Assembly: GCA_902635045.1 (NCBI GenBank)
Contig: CACPMT010000001.1
Location: forward strand, 30,993 to 94,992
Length of the DNA stretch: 64,000 bases
Origin: an uncultured SAR86 cluster bacterium
GTDB taxonomy: Bacteria; Pseudomonadota; Gammaproteobacteria; Magnimaribacterales; AG-339-G14
Direction of reading: 5' to 3'
The position numbers were made by a program, and so were the translations under genes. Shown here piece after piece: positions 26,322-36,534 of this stretch. The first letter of the stretch is position 1; every line of letters begins with the position of its first letter. A model generated the notes under the pieces. The model worked only from the letters and a program-made list of their open reading frames with translations, was not told where the DNA came from and made no database searches.

Positions 26322-27151
26322 TCCTTAGAACCTCTTACTTTATAAATAGATAAAAGATTAATATTCATTACACAAGATTCGTCTTCCTTTTTGAAAAGAT
26401 TAACTTCAACATCTACAAATTCATGACCTTTTTTTTCAAATACTTCATTTATTTGAATTTCTGCAATAACAGATGAATCATAAGGAAGAGCTTGATAATT
26501 TTGAGAAGTAGTTTGTAAATGGATCCAAGGATTCATATAGGCATTACTTGCTAAAATCCAATTAGAACAACCCAAAAGAAAGCTCAAATTCGAAAAGCCT
26601 TTTTTAGAAGGATTCAATAAATCAGGAAGAGCATCTTGATCTTGTAAATAAATTAAAGGATCTTTTCCTCCCCAAAAATATTCAAAAGCCATACAGCCAT
26701 CTTTTTTTAATTTCATCCAAATATTTTTTGATGCTTTAGGGCCTTGGAAATTCTGAGCAGCAATTTTATCACCCCTGATCTTTGGAGTTTTTGGAATTAT
26801 TTTTAACAAGCGAGCTTCAGCATCAGCAGTAATGCTTTGTTTGCTATTTTTTAAAATGGATATGATTTCATTTTGTGAGATTTCATCTAAAAAAATGGAA
26901 AAATATTCCTTATCATATAAAGGTGAAGTAATTTTACATTTTGCCCAGCCTTTTTCTAACCAATCAATTCCCCATTTTTCAATGATTGGATGCAACAGAT
27001 AAGCAGAAACTGTTACTCCAGGGACTAATCCTCCCCTAAAACCAAATTCTCTTGCCATATCGTCTCCGTGGATTTGATTTTCTGAGTCAGGAGCAGTATT
27101 GAGAGCTCTTGCCGACCAAACCTCTTGGTTAAGATTTATTCTTTTATCCAT
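26318..27151 (-). CDS. MaoC-like hot-dog fold protein
   Basis: NQIHGDDMAREFGFRGGLVPG pattern. Start placed at ATG 27151 (MDKRINL), which overlaps the upstream small-ORF stop. Confidence 0.45.
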   Translation of the reverse strand: MDKRINLNQEVWSARALNTAPDSENQIHGDDMAREFGFRGGLVPGVTVSAYLLHPIIEKWGIDWLEKGWAKCKITSPLYDKEYFSIFLDEISQNEIISILKNSKQSITADAEARLLKIIPKTPKIRGDKIAAQNFQGPKASKNIWMKLKKDGCMAFEYFWGGKDPLIYLQDQDALPDLLNPSKKGFSNLSFLLGCSNWILASNAYMNPWIHLQTTSQNYQALPYDSSVIAEIQINEVFEKKGHEFVDVEVNLFKKEDESCVMNINLLSIYKVRGSKD

Positions 27152-27353
27152 GTGCAAAGTTAAAAATAGAGACAAATACAATACCGCTTATCAAAACTCC
27201 CGTTGCCAAAACAAGGTAATCTGCAAAAAATACTGCTACTAATTTTAACCAAGATGGTTCTGCATTTTTAGTTTTTTTAAAGGCAGATACCTTAAAGAAA
27301 GAGAATGCTATAAAAAATGTTATTGCTCCGATAATAAAAATTCCTAGATTCAT
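27144..27353 (-). CDS. small two-TM membrane protein
   Basis: 69 aa with two hydrophobic spans. Its stop overlaps the downstream start (ATGGATAA), suggesting coupling. Confidence 0.4.
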   Translation of the reverse strand: MNLGIFIIGAITFFIAFSFFKVSAFKKTKNAEPSWLKLVAVFFADYLVLATGVLISGIVFVSIFNFAHG

Positions 27354-27362
27354 ACTATAAAT

Positions 27363-27743
27363 TTAATCTTTTTCTTCATCCATTTCTTGCCAGACTTCTG
27401 CCAAAACGTTGCTAGAAGATACAGCATTTGGCCATCCAGCATAATGGGCTAAATGAAAAATAATTTCTTCTAATTTTTCTTTAGTGAAACCCAAATTTCT
27501 AGCTCCTCTAAAATGAAGTTTTAGTTCGTTTTCTCTATTCAAAGCTATCAAACTGGCCAGGGTAATCATGCTTCTTTCCTCTATTTCTAATCCTGGTCTT
27601 GTCCAAACTGTACCAAATAAATTTTCAATTGTATGAGCTCTAAAATCATCCGATATAGCTGAACCGGCTTTAGATAAAAAATTTAACTTTTCAACAACTT
27701 CCATTCCTTTTTTTAATTTTTTTTCATCGCTTTCGAAAGACAT
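27363..27743 (-). CDS. carboxymuconolactone decarboxylase (AhpD-like) family protein
   Basis: HLAHYAGWPNA motif, 126 aa. Confidence 0.7.
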   Translation of the reverse strand: MSFESDEKKLKKGMEVVEKLNFLSKAGSAISDDFRAHTIENLFGTVWTRPGLEIEERSMITLASLIALNRENELKLHFRGARNLGFTKEKLEEIIFHLAHYAGWPNAVSSSNVLAEVWQEMDEEKD

Positions 27744-27793
27744 TTTTTCTCCTAATTTATTAAAAGGAAGTTTAAAACAAAATAAGAAAGTAT

Positions 27794-28717
27794 TTAAACG
27801 TGATTAAAAAAATAATTTTTGTGAATATTTTCATCTAATAGATGAATTCGTCTCTGCAAATAATCTAAAAAATTATGAAGTTGAATATCATCGTAACTTT
27901 CCACCTTTGCTGAAAATACTCGAACATTTAATTTATTAACTGCATCAAGAACATTAGTATTATTCGGAAGAGAGGTAAGACTTTTTTCTGTAATAGTTAA
28001 GCACCTATATATCGAACGAGGAAAATTCTCATTTTTAAGGAGAAAATTTATCACGTCTCCCCTTTCTATTTCTCCCCGTACTTCCTTTCTAAAAGACTCA
28101 TGAGCAGATAAAGTTCTGAGCATGCTAACCCACTCTAAAGTTGGAAAGTCATGAGTTTGTTCTTTTGATTGCATAATACAAAGACTATCTATAATTCTAG
28201 AAATCATATCTATTCTTTCTATGAATCTTCCTAATCTCATGAATTCAAAAGCATATCCTCTTGAAAAGTTATCAGAAATAATTCCGAAGAATCTTTGTGA
28301 GCCCGAAATTACATTATAAATATATGAAGCTCTTTTCCTTCTATTGGATGAAGAAGCCATACCAGTTTTAAATTCATTAAATAAATTATTTAGTTGCTCA
28401 GTTGCTGACCTTGGCAAATCATCTTTGATAGCTCTAGCGTTATAGCGAGCCATATCTAAAGAAGAAATTATAGAATTTACATTTTCTTTATCATCACCTA
28501 AAAACCTAACAGCGCTGATTTCGCTATATTCTGAATATCTTTTTTTAAAGAATTTTTTTGAATCCATAGTCTCAATTATTGGTTTCCAACCTAAAGATTG
28601 ATCTCCAGGGAAATCCAACATTAACTCAGAGTGAACATTGATCATTCTTGCCGTATTTTCTATTCTCTCAACATATCTTGTGAGCCAATATAGATGCTCT
28701 GCGTCTCTACTTAACAT
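27794..28717 (-). CDS. alpha-E domain protein (COG2307/DUF403)
   Basis: MLSRDAEHLYWLTRYVERIENTARM N-terminus. Immediately follows the circularly permuted ATP-grasp gene. Confidence 0.8.
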   Translation of the reverse strand: MLSRDAEHLYWLTRYVERIENTARMINVHSELMLDFPGDQSLGWKPIIETMDSKKFFKKRYSEYSEISAVRFLGDDKENVNSIISSLDMARYNARAIKDDLPRSATEQLNNLFNEFKTGMASSSNRRKRASYIYNVISGSQRFFGIISDNFSRGYAFEFMRLGRFIERIDMISRIIDSLCIMQSKEQTHDFPTLEWVSMLRTLSAHESFRKEVRGEIERGDVINFLLKNENFPRSIYRCLTITEKSLTSLPNNTNVLDAVNKLNVRVFSAKVESYDDIQLHNFLDYLQRRIHLLDENIHKNYFFNHV

Positions 28718-30160
28718 TTAAACTATCCATGTGTCTTTGCTTCCTCCGCCTTGGGAAGAATTTACTACTGTTGAGCCCTTTTTAAGTGCGACTCTTGTCA
28801 ATCCGCCTACAGTTACGTATTGTTTTTCTCCTGATAAAATGAAAGGTCTCAAATCAAGATGTCTGGGCTCAAGGTTGTCTCCAGAATATGTAGGTGTGGT
28901 TGATAAAGATATTAATGGCTGGGCAACGAAATTTCTTGGGTTATTCATTATTTTTCTAATAGTCGACTCTTTTTCTGATCTTGAGCAATTTTTGCCTATT
29001 ACAATTCCATAACCGCCAGATTCAGCAACGGGTTTAATTACCATATCTTTAAAATTATTAAAAACATGATCTCTATGTTCTTTATTAGTTAGGAGAAAAG
29101 TTTTTATATTTCTAATGATTGGCTCTTCATTTAAAAAATATTTAATCATTTTCGGGACAAACGCATAAACTGCTTTATCGTCTGCAATTCCACAACCTGG
29201 AGAATTTACAATCGCAACTTTCTTTTGTTGCCAAGCCTTTATCAATCCTTTGACCCCTATGGCTGAATTGGGATTTCCTTGATCAGGATCAAGGTAGTCA
29301 TCGTCGATTCTTCTATAGATAACATCAACCTTAACTAAACCTTCTATTGTCTTCTTATAGACATAACCTTCTTTACCAATTATCAAATCCCTACCTTCAA
29401 CTAAGTCAATCCCCATTTGTTGAGCTAAGAAGGAATGTTCATAATATGCGGAATTGAATATTCCTGGAGTAAGCAAAACTATTTCAGGATGCCTGGACCT
29501 AGAGTAACTAACTGAAGCCAAAGTTTCATAGAGCTTAGTCGGATAAGCATCTATGGGAGTGACGCCGTATTGGTAAAATAATTCAGGGAAAACTCTTTTC
29601 ATAATCATTCTATTTTCCAACATGTAACTCACACCCGACGGAACTCTTAAATTATCTTCAAGAACATAAAACTTTCCATCTTGGGCTTTGATCAAATCTG
29701 ATCCACAAATATGCGACCATGTATTATGTTTTAGCTTCCTATCAACGCAATACTGTTTATAGGCGGGAGAATCCAATACCAGATTTTTGTCCATATCGCT
29801 TTCATTTAAAAAGTTTTGTTTGTTGTAACAATCTTCAATGAACATATTTAGAGCTTTTACTCTTTGTTTCAATCCTTTTTCAACCTGTTGCCATTCAGTT
29901 TGTCGAATTAACCTTGGAATAAAATCTAATGGCCACATTCTATCTTGTCCATCGTCGGCCTCATCGGAATAAACTCTAAATGATATTCCCATAGACTTTA
30001 TAGCCGTCTCAGTTGCTAGATTTATTTCCTTTAAATCTTCTATTGATAAAGACTCCAAAAAAGTTCCAATTTTTTTTGAATGTCCCCTTAGAGTGTTTTG
30101 TGGTGTAACATATTCATCGTAAAAAGAAGAACTAGGATATTTTTTCCAAGAAATTTTCAT
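28718..30160 (-). CDS. circularly permuted ATP-grasp type 2 protein (COG2308)
   Basis: 480 aa with family-typical blocks (LRVPSGVSYMLENR, KPV.ESGGYG). Abuts the alpha-E gene with no gap. Confidence 0.8.
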   Translation of the reverse strand: MKISWKKYPSSSFYDEYVTPQNTLRGHSKKIGTFLESLSIEDLKEINLATETAIKSMGISFRVYSDEADDGQDRMWPLDFIPRLIRQTEWQQVEKGLKQRVKALNMFIEDCYNKQNFLNESDMDKNLVLDSPAYKQYCVDRKLKHNTWSHICGSDLIKAQDGKFYVLEDNLRVPSGVSYMLENRMIMKRVFPELFYQYGVTPIDAYPTKLYETLASVSYSRSRHPEIVLLTPGIFNSAYYEHSFLAQQMGIDLVEGRDLIIGKEGYVYKKTIEGLVKVDVIYRRIDDDYLDPDQGNPNSAIGVKGLIKAWQQKKVAIVNSPGCGIADDKAVYAFVPKMIKYFLNEEPIIRNIKTFLLTNKEHRDHVFNNFKDMVIKPVAESGGYGIVIGKNCSRSEKESTIRKIMNNPRNFVAQPLISLSTTPTYSGDNLEPRHLDLRPFILSGEKQYVTVGGLTRVALKKGSTVVNSSQGGGSKDTWIV

Positions 30161-30253
30161 TTAAATTTATAATTATTTACTTATTAAATATAACAGCTAA
30201 TTGATTGTTTTTTTGTTCCAAAACAAGGCGTCAATTGCTCAAAAAAATAACAT

Positions 30254-30994
30254 ATGACTTATTGTCTTGCTATAAAAGTTGAAGAAGGTTTAGTTTTTGC
30301 CTCAGACTCCCGAACCAATGCAGGTTTAGATAATATTGGATCCTATACAAAAATGTTTACCTACAATATCGGTGACAGAGCTTTCGTAATTTTAACTGCT
30401 GGCAATTTAGCCACCTCGCAGGCCGTCTATCATCAAATAGAAAAAGACCTCGAGAATAATACAACCGAGATTAACTTAAACCTTTGCGAGGACATTGAGG
30501 CCGTAGCCGATTATGTTGGGAAAATAAGCATTGAACAACAATCAAAAAATCATGATCCCACCGAACAGATCGATCAAAGTACTGCCCTTTTGGGGTCTCA
30601 TTTTATTGTAGGAGGACAAATTAGAGGTCAAGAACCTAACTTGGTTTTGGTATATCCAGAGGGAAATTTTATATATGTAGCTGATGAAACCCCTTTTATA
30701 CAAATAGGCGAAACAAAATATGGAAAACCGATTTTAGATAGAATGATAGTACCCAATACTCCACTTGGAGATTCCGCTAGAGCAGCATTGTTGTCTTTTG
30801 ATTCGACAATGAAAAGTGACTTGACCGTTGGCCCACCTATTGATTTTGTTGTTTTTAAAAGAGATCAAATTAATTTGAATTTTCAAGATCAACTAAAGTT
30901 GGACTCCCCTTTCTTTAAAGAACTTTCTTCTATTTGGGCGGAGCAGCTAGATAACGCAATCCACGCTTTACCAAAATTTAATTGGGAAGAATAA
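30254..30994 (+). CDS. Anbu-type proteasome beta-subunit homologue (COG3484)
   Basis: N-terminus MTYCLAIKVEEGLVFASDSRTNAG, with Thr directly after Met (Ntn hydrolase). Divergent from the ATP-grasp/alpha-E pair. Confidence 0.8.
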   Translation: MTYCLAIKVEEGLVFASDSRTNAGLDNIGSYTKMFTYNIGDRAFVILTAGNLATSQAVYHQIEKDLENNTTEINLNLCEDIEAVADYVGKISIEQQSKNHDPTEQIDQSTALLGSHFIVGGQIRGQEPNLVLVYPEGNFIYVADETPFIQIGETKYGKPILDRMIVPNTPLGDSARAALLSFDSTMKSDLTVGPPIDFVVFKRDQINLNFQDQLKLDSPFFKELSSIWAEQLDNAIHALPKFNWEE

Positions 30995-31077
30995 AACAAC
31001 TTATTGGTTATCAAATGTCATTTTAGTTTAAAGAAATTTGTACGATAGGTTCGTAAAAGTTAAGCTATGAAAAGATT

Positions 31078-31566
31078 ATGGAAATTTTTAATAATCCTGA
31101 AAATTTAAAAAAACTTAAAGGTTTTTCAGACCTCATATTGGAATTTAATCTTGAAAAATATAACCTTTTCAAAGAAATATCTAAAAAATATGGCTGGGAC
31201 AATGTTTATACTCAAGACGTTAGATATGATCTTCTAAGAATGGTCATTATGGACTGTCATATAGAAAAAGGCTTTTTTACAATGAATGATTTAATAAACA
31301 TTACTGACCTCAATATTCGAAGTATAGAGCGTTTTTTAAGTAAATCCGTTCAAGTAGGTTATTTTGAAAAGAAACCAGGAAAAGACAAAAGAGTTGTTGA
31401 ATATCATGCTACTGAAAAAAGTGCTCACCTACTTAAGGCATATTTGAAATTAACAAAAAAAGGTGCAGAGCTGTTTAATTTAGATTCTGAAGATACTGCT
31501 GAACTTTCAAATTTATCTTCTAGTGAGCTAAAGAATTTTTTAGATTGGTCTGAAGGAAAAATTTAA
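31078..31566 (+). CDS. hypothetical protein with probable winged-helix DNA-binding region
   Basis: 162 aa. LINITDLNIRSIERFLSKSVQVGYFEKK resembles a MarR-like wHTH. Weak assignment. Confidence 0.35.
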   Translation: MEIFNNPENLKKLKGFSDLILEFNLEKYNLFKEISKKYGWDNVYTQDVRYDLLRMVIMDCHIEKGFFTMNDLINITDLNIRSIERFLSKSVQVGYFEKKPGKDKRVVEYHATEKSAHLLKAYLKLTKKGAELFNLDSEDTAELSNLSSSELKNFLDWSEGKI

Positions 31567-31631
31567 CTCCTTAATTTCATAACTTTTAATACATTTTTTG
31601 TTTATACTCTTAAATAATAAATGGAGTAGAA

Positions 31632-31946
31632 ATGTCTCAAACAAGGGTTTATTGCATCGCAAATCTTGAAATAGAAGATGCTGAGTTATTCAGAAATTAT
31701 GAAAAAGGTTTCTTTGGTACTCTCAAGGAGCATAATGGTGAATTCATTACAATGGATGATAAATCTATCCATTTGGAGGGAACTTCCCCAATTGAAGGTC
31801 GTGTCATTATGTGGACTTTTCCTTCAGAAGAAGAGATGAATAATTGGTTTTCATCAAAAAACTATCAAGAATTAGCAGAAAATTATAGGAGACCGGCAAC
31901 GGAGTTAAAAAATTTAACTGTCATAAAAGCAATGCCACCAAGATAA
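31632..31946 (+). CDS. DUF1330-like protein
   Basis: 104 aa, GGAG SD. Size and pattern recall the DUF1330 dimeric alpha-beta barrel family. Confidence 0.45.
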   Translation: MSQTRVYCIANLEIEDAELFRNYEKGFFGTLKEHNGEFITMDDKSIHLEGTSPIEGRVIMWTFPSEEEMNNWFSSKNYQELAENYRRPATELKNLTVIKAMPPR

Positions 31947-31969
31947 AATATTTTAAATTTAGGAGAATC

Positions 31970-33100
31970 ATGCAACTTAATTACATTAACAAGCCTCATT
32001 TTGATAATGGTGCAATAGAAAAAATATCAGAAGTTTTAAAAGCCCACGGCATAAAAAATCCTCTAATTTGCACTGATCCTGGACTATCTTCAATTGGCAT
32101 GACCGATAAGCTTAGAAGTCTTTTGACAAACGAAGTTTCTCCAACTTTCTATGAGGAAACGCCCGCAAATCCAACAGAGAAAGCAGTTAACGATGCTCTA
32201 GAGTTATATAGGTCAAATAATTGTGATGGCGTTGTTGGGTTTGGTGGAGGATCTAGCATGGATCTTGGAAAAGCAGTTGCTTTGATGGCAAATCATGAAG
32301 GAAGCGTCGTAGATTATTCAATTAACGAAGGAGGTTTAGGGAAAATATCTAAAACTATGCCCATGATAGCAATCCCGACAACATCAGGAACAGGAAGTGA
32401 AGTGTCTGTAGGATCAGTTATTATCATGGATGATGGAAGAAAGCTTATTTTAGCAAGTGAACATTTGATCCCAGATGCAGCAATTTGTGATCCAGAACTT
32501 ACATTAGGTTTGCCTCCAACTCTTACCGCAGGAGCTGGAATGGATGCTTTAACGCATTGCATTGAAGCAATACTTTCGCCCGTAAATGATCCGCCAGCTG
32601 AAGCAGTTGGGTTAGATGGTGTTGAAAAAATTATTAGAAATGAAAGCCTTATTAGAGCTTGTGAAAATGGCGAGGATAAAGAAGCTAGGTGGAATATGAT
32701 GATGGCTTCAACAGAAGGAGCAATGGCTTTTGCAAAAGGTCTTGGCGCAGTCCATTCCATGAGTCACGCTGCAGGCGCAAATCAGGATTTAAGATTGCAT
32801 CATGGAACTTTAAATGGAGTAATCTTGCCTACAATACTAAGATTTAATGCGGGCCATGTCGGTGATAAATATTCTAGGATTTCTAGAGCAATGGGTAAAG
32901 ATGAATCAACAGACCTTGCAGAAGAAATAGAAAAGTTGAATGAAAGAATCGGTTTGCCTAGTGGACTTGCGGAAATGGGTATAACAGAAAATATGATTCC
33001 AGGTCTCGTCGCACATTCAATGACAGATCCAAGTAATATGACTACTCCTAGACTGCCTTCTCAAGAAGAATGGGAAAAATTATTTTTGGAAGCAATGTAG
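31970..33100 (+). CDS. iron-containing (group III) alcohol dehydrogenase
   Basis: GFGGGSSMDLGKAVA, and His cluster HSMSHAAG...HHG. Confidence 0.85.
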   Translation: MQLNYINKPHFDNGAIEKISEVLKAHGIKNPLICTDPGLSSIGMTDKLRSLLTNEVSPTFYEETPANPTEKAVNDALELYRSNNCDGVVGFGGGSSMDLGKAVALMANHEGSVVDYSINEGGLGKISKTMPMIAIPTTSGTGSEVSVGSVIIMDDGRKLILASEHLIPDAAICDPELTLGLPPTLTAGAGMDALTHCIEAILSPVNDPPAEAVGLDGVEKIIRNESLIRACENGEDKEARWNMMMASTEGAMAFAKGLGAVHSMSHAAGANQDLRLHHGTLNGVILPTILRFNAGHVGDKYSRISRAMGKDESTDLAEEIEKLNERIGLPSGLAEMGITENMIPGLVAHSMTDPSNMTTPRLPSQEEWEKLFLEAM

Positions 33101-33115
33101 ATTGAATTAATAAAA

Positions 33116-33874
33116 ATGAAGAAAGTTTGTTTAGTTGTAGGAGCTGGTGCGGGAATTGGAGGAACGGTTGCAAAGAAATTTGCTTCAGAAGGTTATTATG
33201 CCTATCTCGCAAGAAGAACTGACGAAAAAGGATTGAATAAGTTAATCAAAGAGATAAAAGATGGTGGTGGCGAAGCGTCTGGTTCTTTATTGAATGTTGT
33301 TGATGAAAACTCCATTGAAGATTTAGTGAATTTTGTTGAATCAGAGATTGGTCCAATTGATACTGTGATTTACAACATAGGAGCTCAAATTGGAGATCGG
33401 GCCTTAGCAGAAACTAGCTATAAAGCCTTTGAAATGGGTTGGCGAATGGCTACTTTTGGATTATTTAGACTCGCTCAAGCAGTGACGCCGAAAATGAAAG
33501 AAAGACAAGCGGGCAATATTATTGTCACATCTGCAACTTCAGCCGTTAGAGGAAATAAAGGTCAACATTCTCATGCTGCTGCCATGGGAGGCAGAAGAAT
33601 GCTTTGTCAGTCATTGAATGCTGAGTTCTCGAAAGATGGCATTCATGTTGCTCACGTAATCATTGATGGAGCGGTAGATGCACCGGACACATTAGGTAAA
33701 ATGTTGGGCCCTGAACTTTTTGAAAAATTTAAAGAACAAAAGGGTCAAAATGGGATGATCCTACCTGAAGAAGTTGCCGAAACTTACTTATTTGTAGCTA
33801 AGCAAAAAAAATCCACTTGGACTCACGAAATTGATATAAGAGCTTTTTCTGATCAAGCATGGTGGAATCATTAA
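33116..33874 (+). CDS. short-chain dehydrogenase/reductase (SDR)
   Basis: VVGAGAGIGGTVA cofactor motif, 252 aa. Confidence 0.8.
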   Translation: MKKVCLVVGAGAGIGGTVAKKFASEGYYAYLARRTDEKGLNKLIKEIKDGGGEASGSLLNVVDENSIEDLVNFVESEIGPIDTVIYNIGAQIGDRALAETSYKAFEMGWRMATFGLFRLAQAVTPKMKERQAGNIIVTSATSAVRGNKGQHSHAAAMGGRRMLCQSLNAEFSKDGIHVAHVIIDGAVDAPDTLGKMLGPELFEKFKEQKGQNGMILPEEVAETYLFVAKQKKSTWTHEIDIRAFSDQAWWNH

Positions 33875-33911
33875 TATTGACTGAAGCTTAAGAATTTATT
33901 ACCTTGTCAAA

Positions 33912-34433
33912 ATGTTAATTTATCAAAAACAAGAATGTGAACTTACCTTAAGAGAAGGTATTAAAGTTTACGTAGATTATTTAATAGAAAATGGTAAAAC
34001 TCCTTTGATTGATGCGAATGCAGAATCTACTTTAATTAGAGATCATGATGCTTCGCATGTTATTTTTGGTCTAGATACTTCCCTTGAAGAAGAATCATTA
34101 TTAGATACATGGTTTGCTTGTGGATGTAGTTACAAATTTAGTTATTTGGCATCCTATGCAAAACTTCCAGAAATAAAAGAATTAACAAAAAAACTATTTA
34201 AAGAAGTTGGTGTAGTTGGATTTTTTAAACTATATAAAAATGTTATTCCGATAAAGTTAAAAATTGCGTTTAAAAATTCAAGAAAAATGAAAAAAAGGTG
34301 GCCATTTAAACACCCAGAAGAATTTCTAGATAGAAAAATTTGTGACTTAAGAGAAGAATTTGGAATTCAAATTCTAACTCCCGAAGAAAGAGAACTTAAA
34401 AAAATAATCTGGTCAGGATCTCACTCGACTTAA
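33912..34433 (+). CDS. hypothetical protein with Coq4-like HDxxH-x11-E motif
   Basis: HDASHVIFGLDTSLEEE at residues ~45-61, otherwise unassigned. Confidence 0.35.
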   Translation: MLIYQKQECELTLREGIKVYVDYLIENGKTPLIDANAESTLIRDHDASHVIFGLDTSLEEESLLDTWFACGCSYKFSYLASYAKLPEIKELTKKLFKEVGVVGFFKLYKNVIPIKLKIAFKNSRKMKKRWPFKHPEEFLDRKICDLREEFGIQILTPEERELKKIIWSGSHST

Positions 34434-35575
34434 TCTTGTAAAAAGCCCTCAAATCTTTCATAAGCGTTAATGAAATCTTGCTTGAACTCTTGGACAACTG
34501 CACCTGCTGATAAACTCTCTGTCATTAAACCTACTCCTTGACCAACCCAATAAGTAGCTAAATTGACCGCGCCATCGTGTCCACCTTCTGCTAATTTATT
34601 GACCTTTGCAAGAGCTGGCTCGGCAACCATTGGTTGAAGAGGCATAGGTAAAGGTTCTGGTGCACTCTCAGCTTCCCAAGCATCTGTCCACGAAGATTTT
34701 AGTTGTCGAGAATGTTTTCCTGTTCGGCTTCTAGATCTGACAGTATCGCTTGAACTAGCCTGCAACATTTTTTCTTTTACGATCGGATGGGTTTCAGCTT
34801 CAGCAGTTGTGAGCCAAACTGAAGCAGTCCAAACTCCTGAAGCTCCCATTACCATAGAAGCCGCCATTTGTTCGCCAGTAACAATACCGCCAGCAGCTAA
34901 AATAGGTACATCGCCATAAGGTTGGATGGCTCTGTGAACCTCTGGAACCAAGACCATAGTTGAAACGCTTCCACAGTGTCCGCCAGCTTCTGTTCCGGAA
35001 ACAACTAAAATATCAACACCGGCTTTAACTTGAGCAATTGCGTGTTCTTTAGTTCCTAAAAGAGCAGCAACTTTCACATCATTATCCTTACCCATTTTAA
35101 CCATCCATTCTGGTGGAACTCCGAGAGCATTAGCAATTAGTTTTATTGGATGAGAAAAAGCCACATCTAACAACGCTTTCGCGCCTTCATCAGCTGTATT
35201 TTGTGCAAATCCTGATGCAGCCATGTCCCCTTCACTTTCTCTTAATTCTGGAGCATCAATATCATGATTTTTTAATACATCTGTTCTGAAATCTCTATAT
35301 TCTTGAGGAATCATGTCAGCTAATTTCTGAGCGTTAAATTCTTCCCCTTTGCCTAGCATTTTATTTGGAATTAGAACATCAACTCCGTAAGGCTTGCCGT
35401 CAATTCTTTCATCAATCCAATTTAATTCCTGTTCTAGCACCTCAGGAGACATACCTACTGCTCCTAGAACACCAACGCCACCAGCCTTTGAAACTGCAAC
35501 GACAACATCTTTACAATGACTAAAAGCAACCAAAGGAAACTCAGCTCCTAGCATTTCACATATTGGTGATTTCAT
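34430..35575 (-). CDS. nitronate monooxygenase (NMO / 2-nitropropane dioxygenase-like)
   Basis: FMN TIM-barrel pattern: PLVAFSHC, SGTEAGGHCG, AAGGI. Confidence 0.8.
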   Translation of the reverse strand: MKSPICEMLGAEFPLVAFSHCKDVVVAVSKAGGVGVLGAVGMSPEVLEQELNWIDERIDGKPYGVDVLIPNKMLGKGEEFNAQKLADMIPQEYRDFRTDVLKNHDIDAPELRESEGDMAASGFAQNTADEGAKALLDVAFSHPIKLIANALGVPPEWMVKMGKDNDVKVAALLGTKEHAIAQVKAGVDILVVSGTEAGGHCGSVSTMVLVPEVHRAIQPYGDVPILAAGGIVTGEQMAASMVMGASGVWTASVWLTTAEAETHPIVKEKMLQASSSDTVRSRSRTGKHSRQLKSSWTDAWEAESAPEPLPMPLQPMVAEPALAKVNKLAEGGHDGAVNLATYWVGQGVGLMTESLSAGAVVQEFKQDFINAYERFEGFLQD

Positions 35576-35652
35576 ATTTTACTCCCTCAATTTAAAATAT
35601 TAGGTTAATATCTTTCGAAAGAAAATTCTATATCAAATTAGAAAAATTTAAT

Positions 35653-36522
35653 ATGTCGAAAAAAATTACTATTCCATCAATCTTGTTATCTATATTAATG
35701 GCTAGTTTAGTTGCTATAGGCATCAATCAAGGGAGTGTAAGTATTTCTGGAATTTCCTTAATTTATTTTTGTTGTGCGTTTATATTTTTAGCGCAATGGT
35801 TAATATTTATTCCTTCATATATTTTTGAAACCGAGCATTATTTTGATCTTACAGGTTCATTAACTTATGTTTCTGTTATGCTTTTAGCCGTTCTTTTTAC
35901 TGTGGATATTTCTTTAAGGGATGTCTTATTAGCTTTATTTGTCTGGATTTGGGCTTTTCGTCTTGGGTCTTTTCTATTTATTAGAGTGAAAAAAGCAGGC
36001 AGTGATGGAAGATTCGATCTTATGAAAAAAGACTTTTGGTGGTTTTTAATGACTTGGACAATCCAGGGATTATGGGTATTTCTTACCTTGGCTATGGCTT
36101 TGGCAGCTATTACTTCTGAATCGAAAATGGCTATAGACATTTTTGCAATTGTTGGAACTTTAATATGGATATTTGGTTTCTCCATAGAGGTTATTGCTGA
36201 CCAACAAAAAACAAACTTTAAGGACGATCCAGCCAATAAAGATAAATTTATTACTGTAGGCCTTTGGAGCTGGTCACGCCACCCTAACTATTTTGGGGAA
36301 ATGGTCTTATGGATTGGAATAGCTTTAATAGCTTTTCCCGTTTTAATTGGATGGCAATTGATAGCTCTAATATCTCCTATTTTTGTAATCTTTCTTCTTA
36401 CTAGAATCAGCGGAGTAACAATGCTGGAGTCTAGAGGATATAAAAAATGGGGAGATGACGAAGAATACAAAAACTACATAAAAAATACTTCGGTTTTAAT
36501 TCCTTTGCCGCCTAAAAATTAA
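35653..36522 (+). CDS. DUF1295 / steroid 5-alpha-reductase-like membrane protein
   Basis: Polytopic, with WSWSRHPNYFGEM motif. Confidence 0.7.
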   Translation: MSKKITIPSILLSILMASLVAIGINQGSVSISGISLIYFCCAFIFLAQWLIFIPSYIFETEHYFDLTGSLTYVSVMLLAVLFTVDISLRDVLLALFVWIWAFRLGSFLFIRVKKAGSDGRFDLMKKDFWWFLMTWTIQGLWVFLTLAMALAAITSESKMAIDIFAIVGTLIWIFGFSIEVIADQQKTNFKDDPANKDKFITVGLWSWSRHPNYFGEMVLWIGIALIAFPVLIGWQLIALISPIFVIFLLTRISGVTMLESRGYKKWGDDEEYKNYIKNTSVLIPLPPKN

Positions 36523-36534
36523 AAATTAATTTTA

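Noticed and set aside
32314-32760. 148-aa minus-strand ORF inside the alcohol dehydrogenase gene
   Set aside because: It is an antisense shadow in a locally GC-richer gene, Ala/Ser/Pro-rich, with no motifs.
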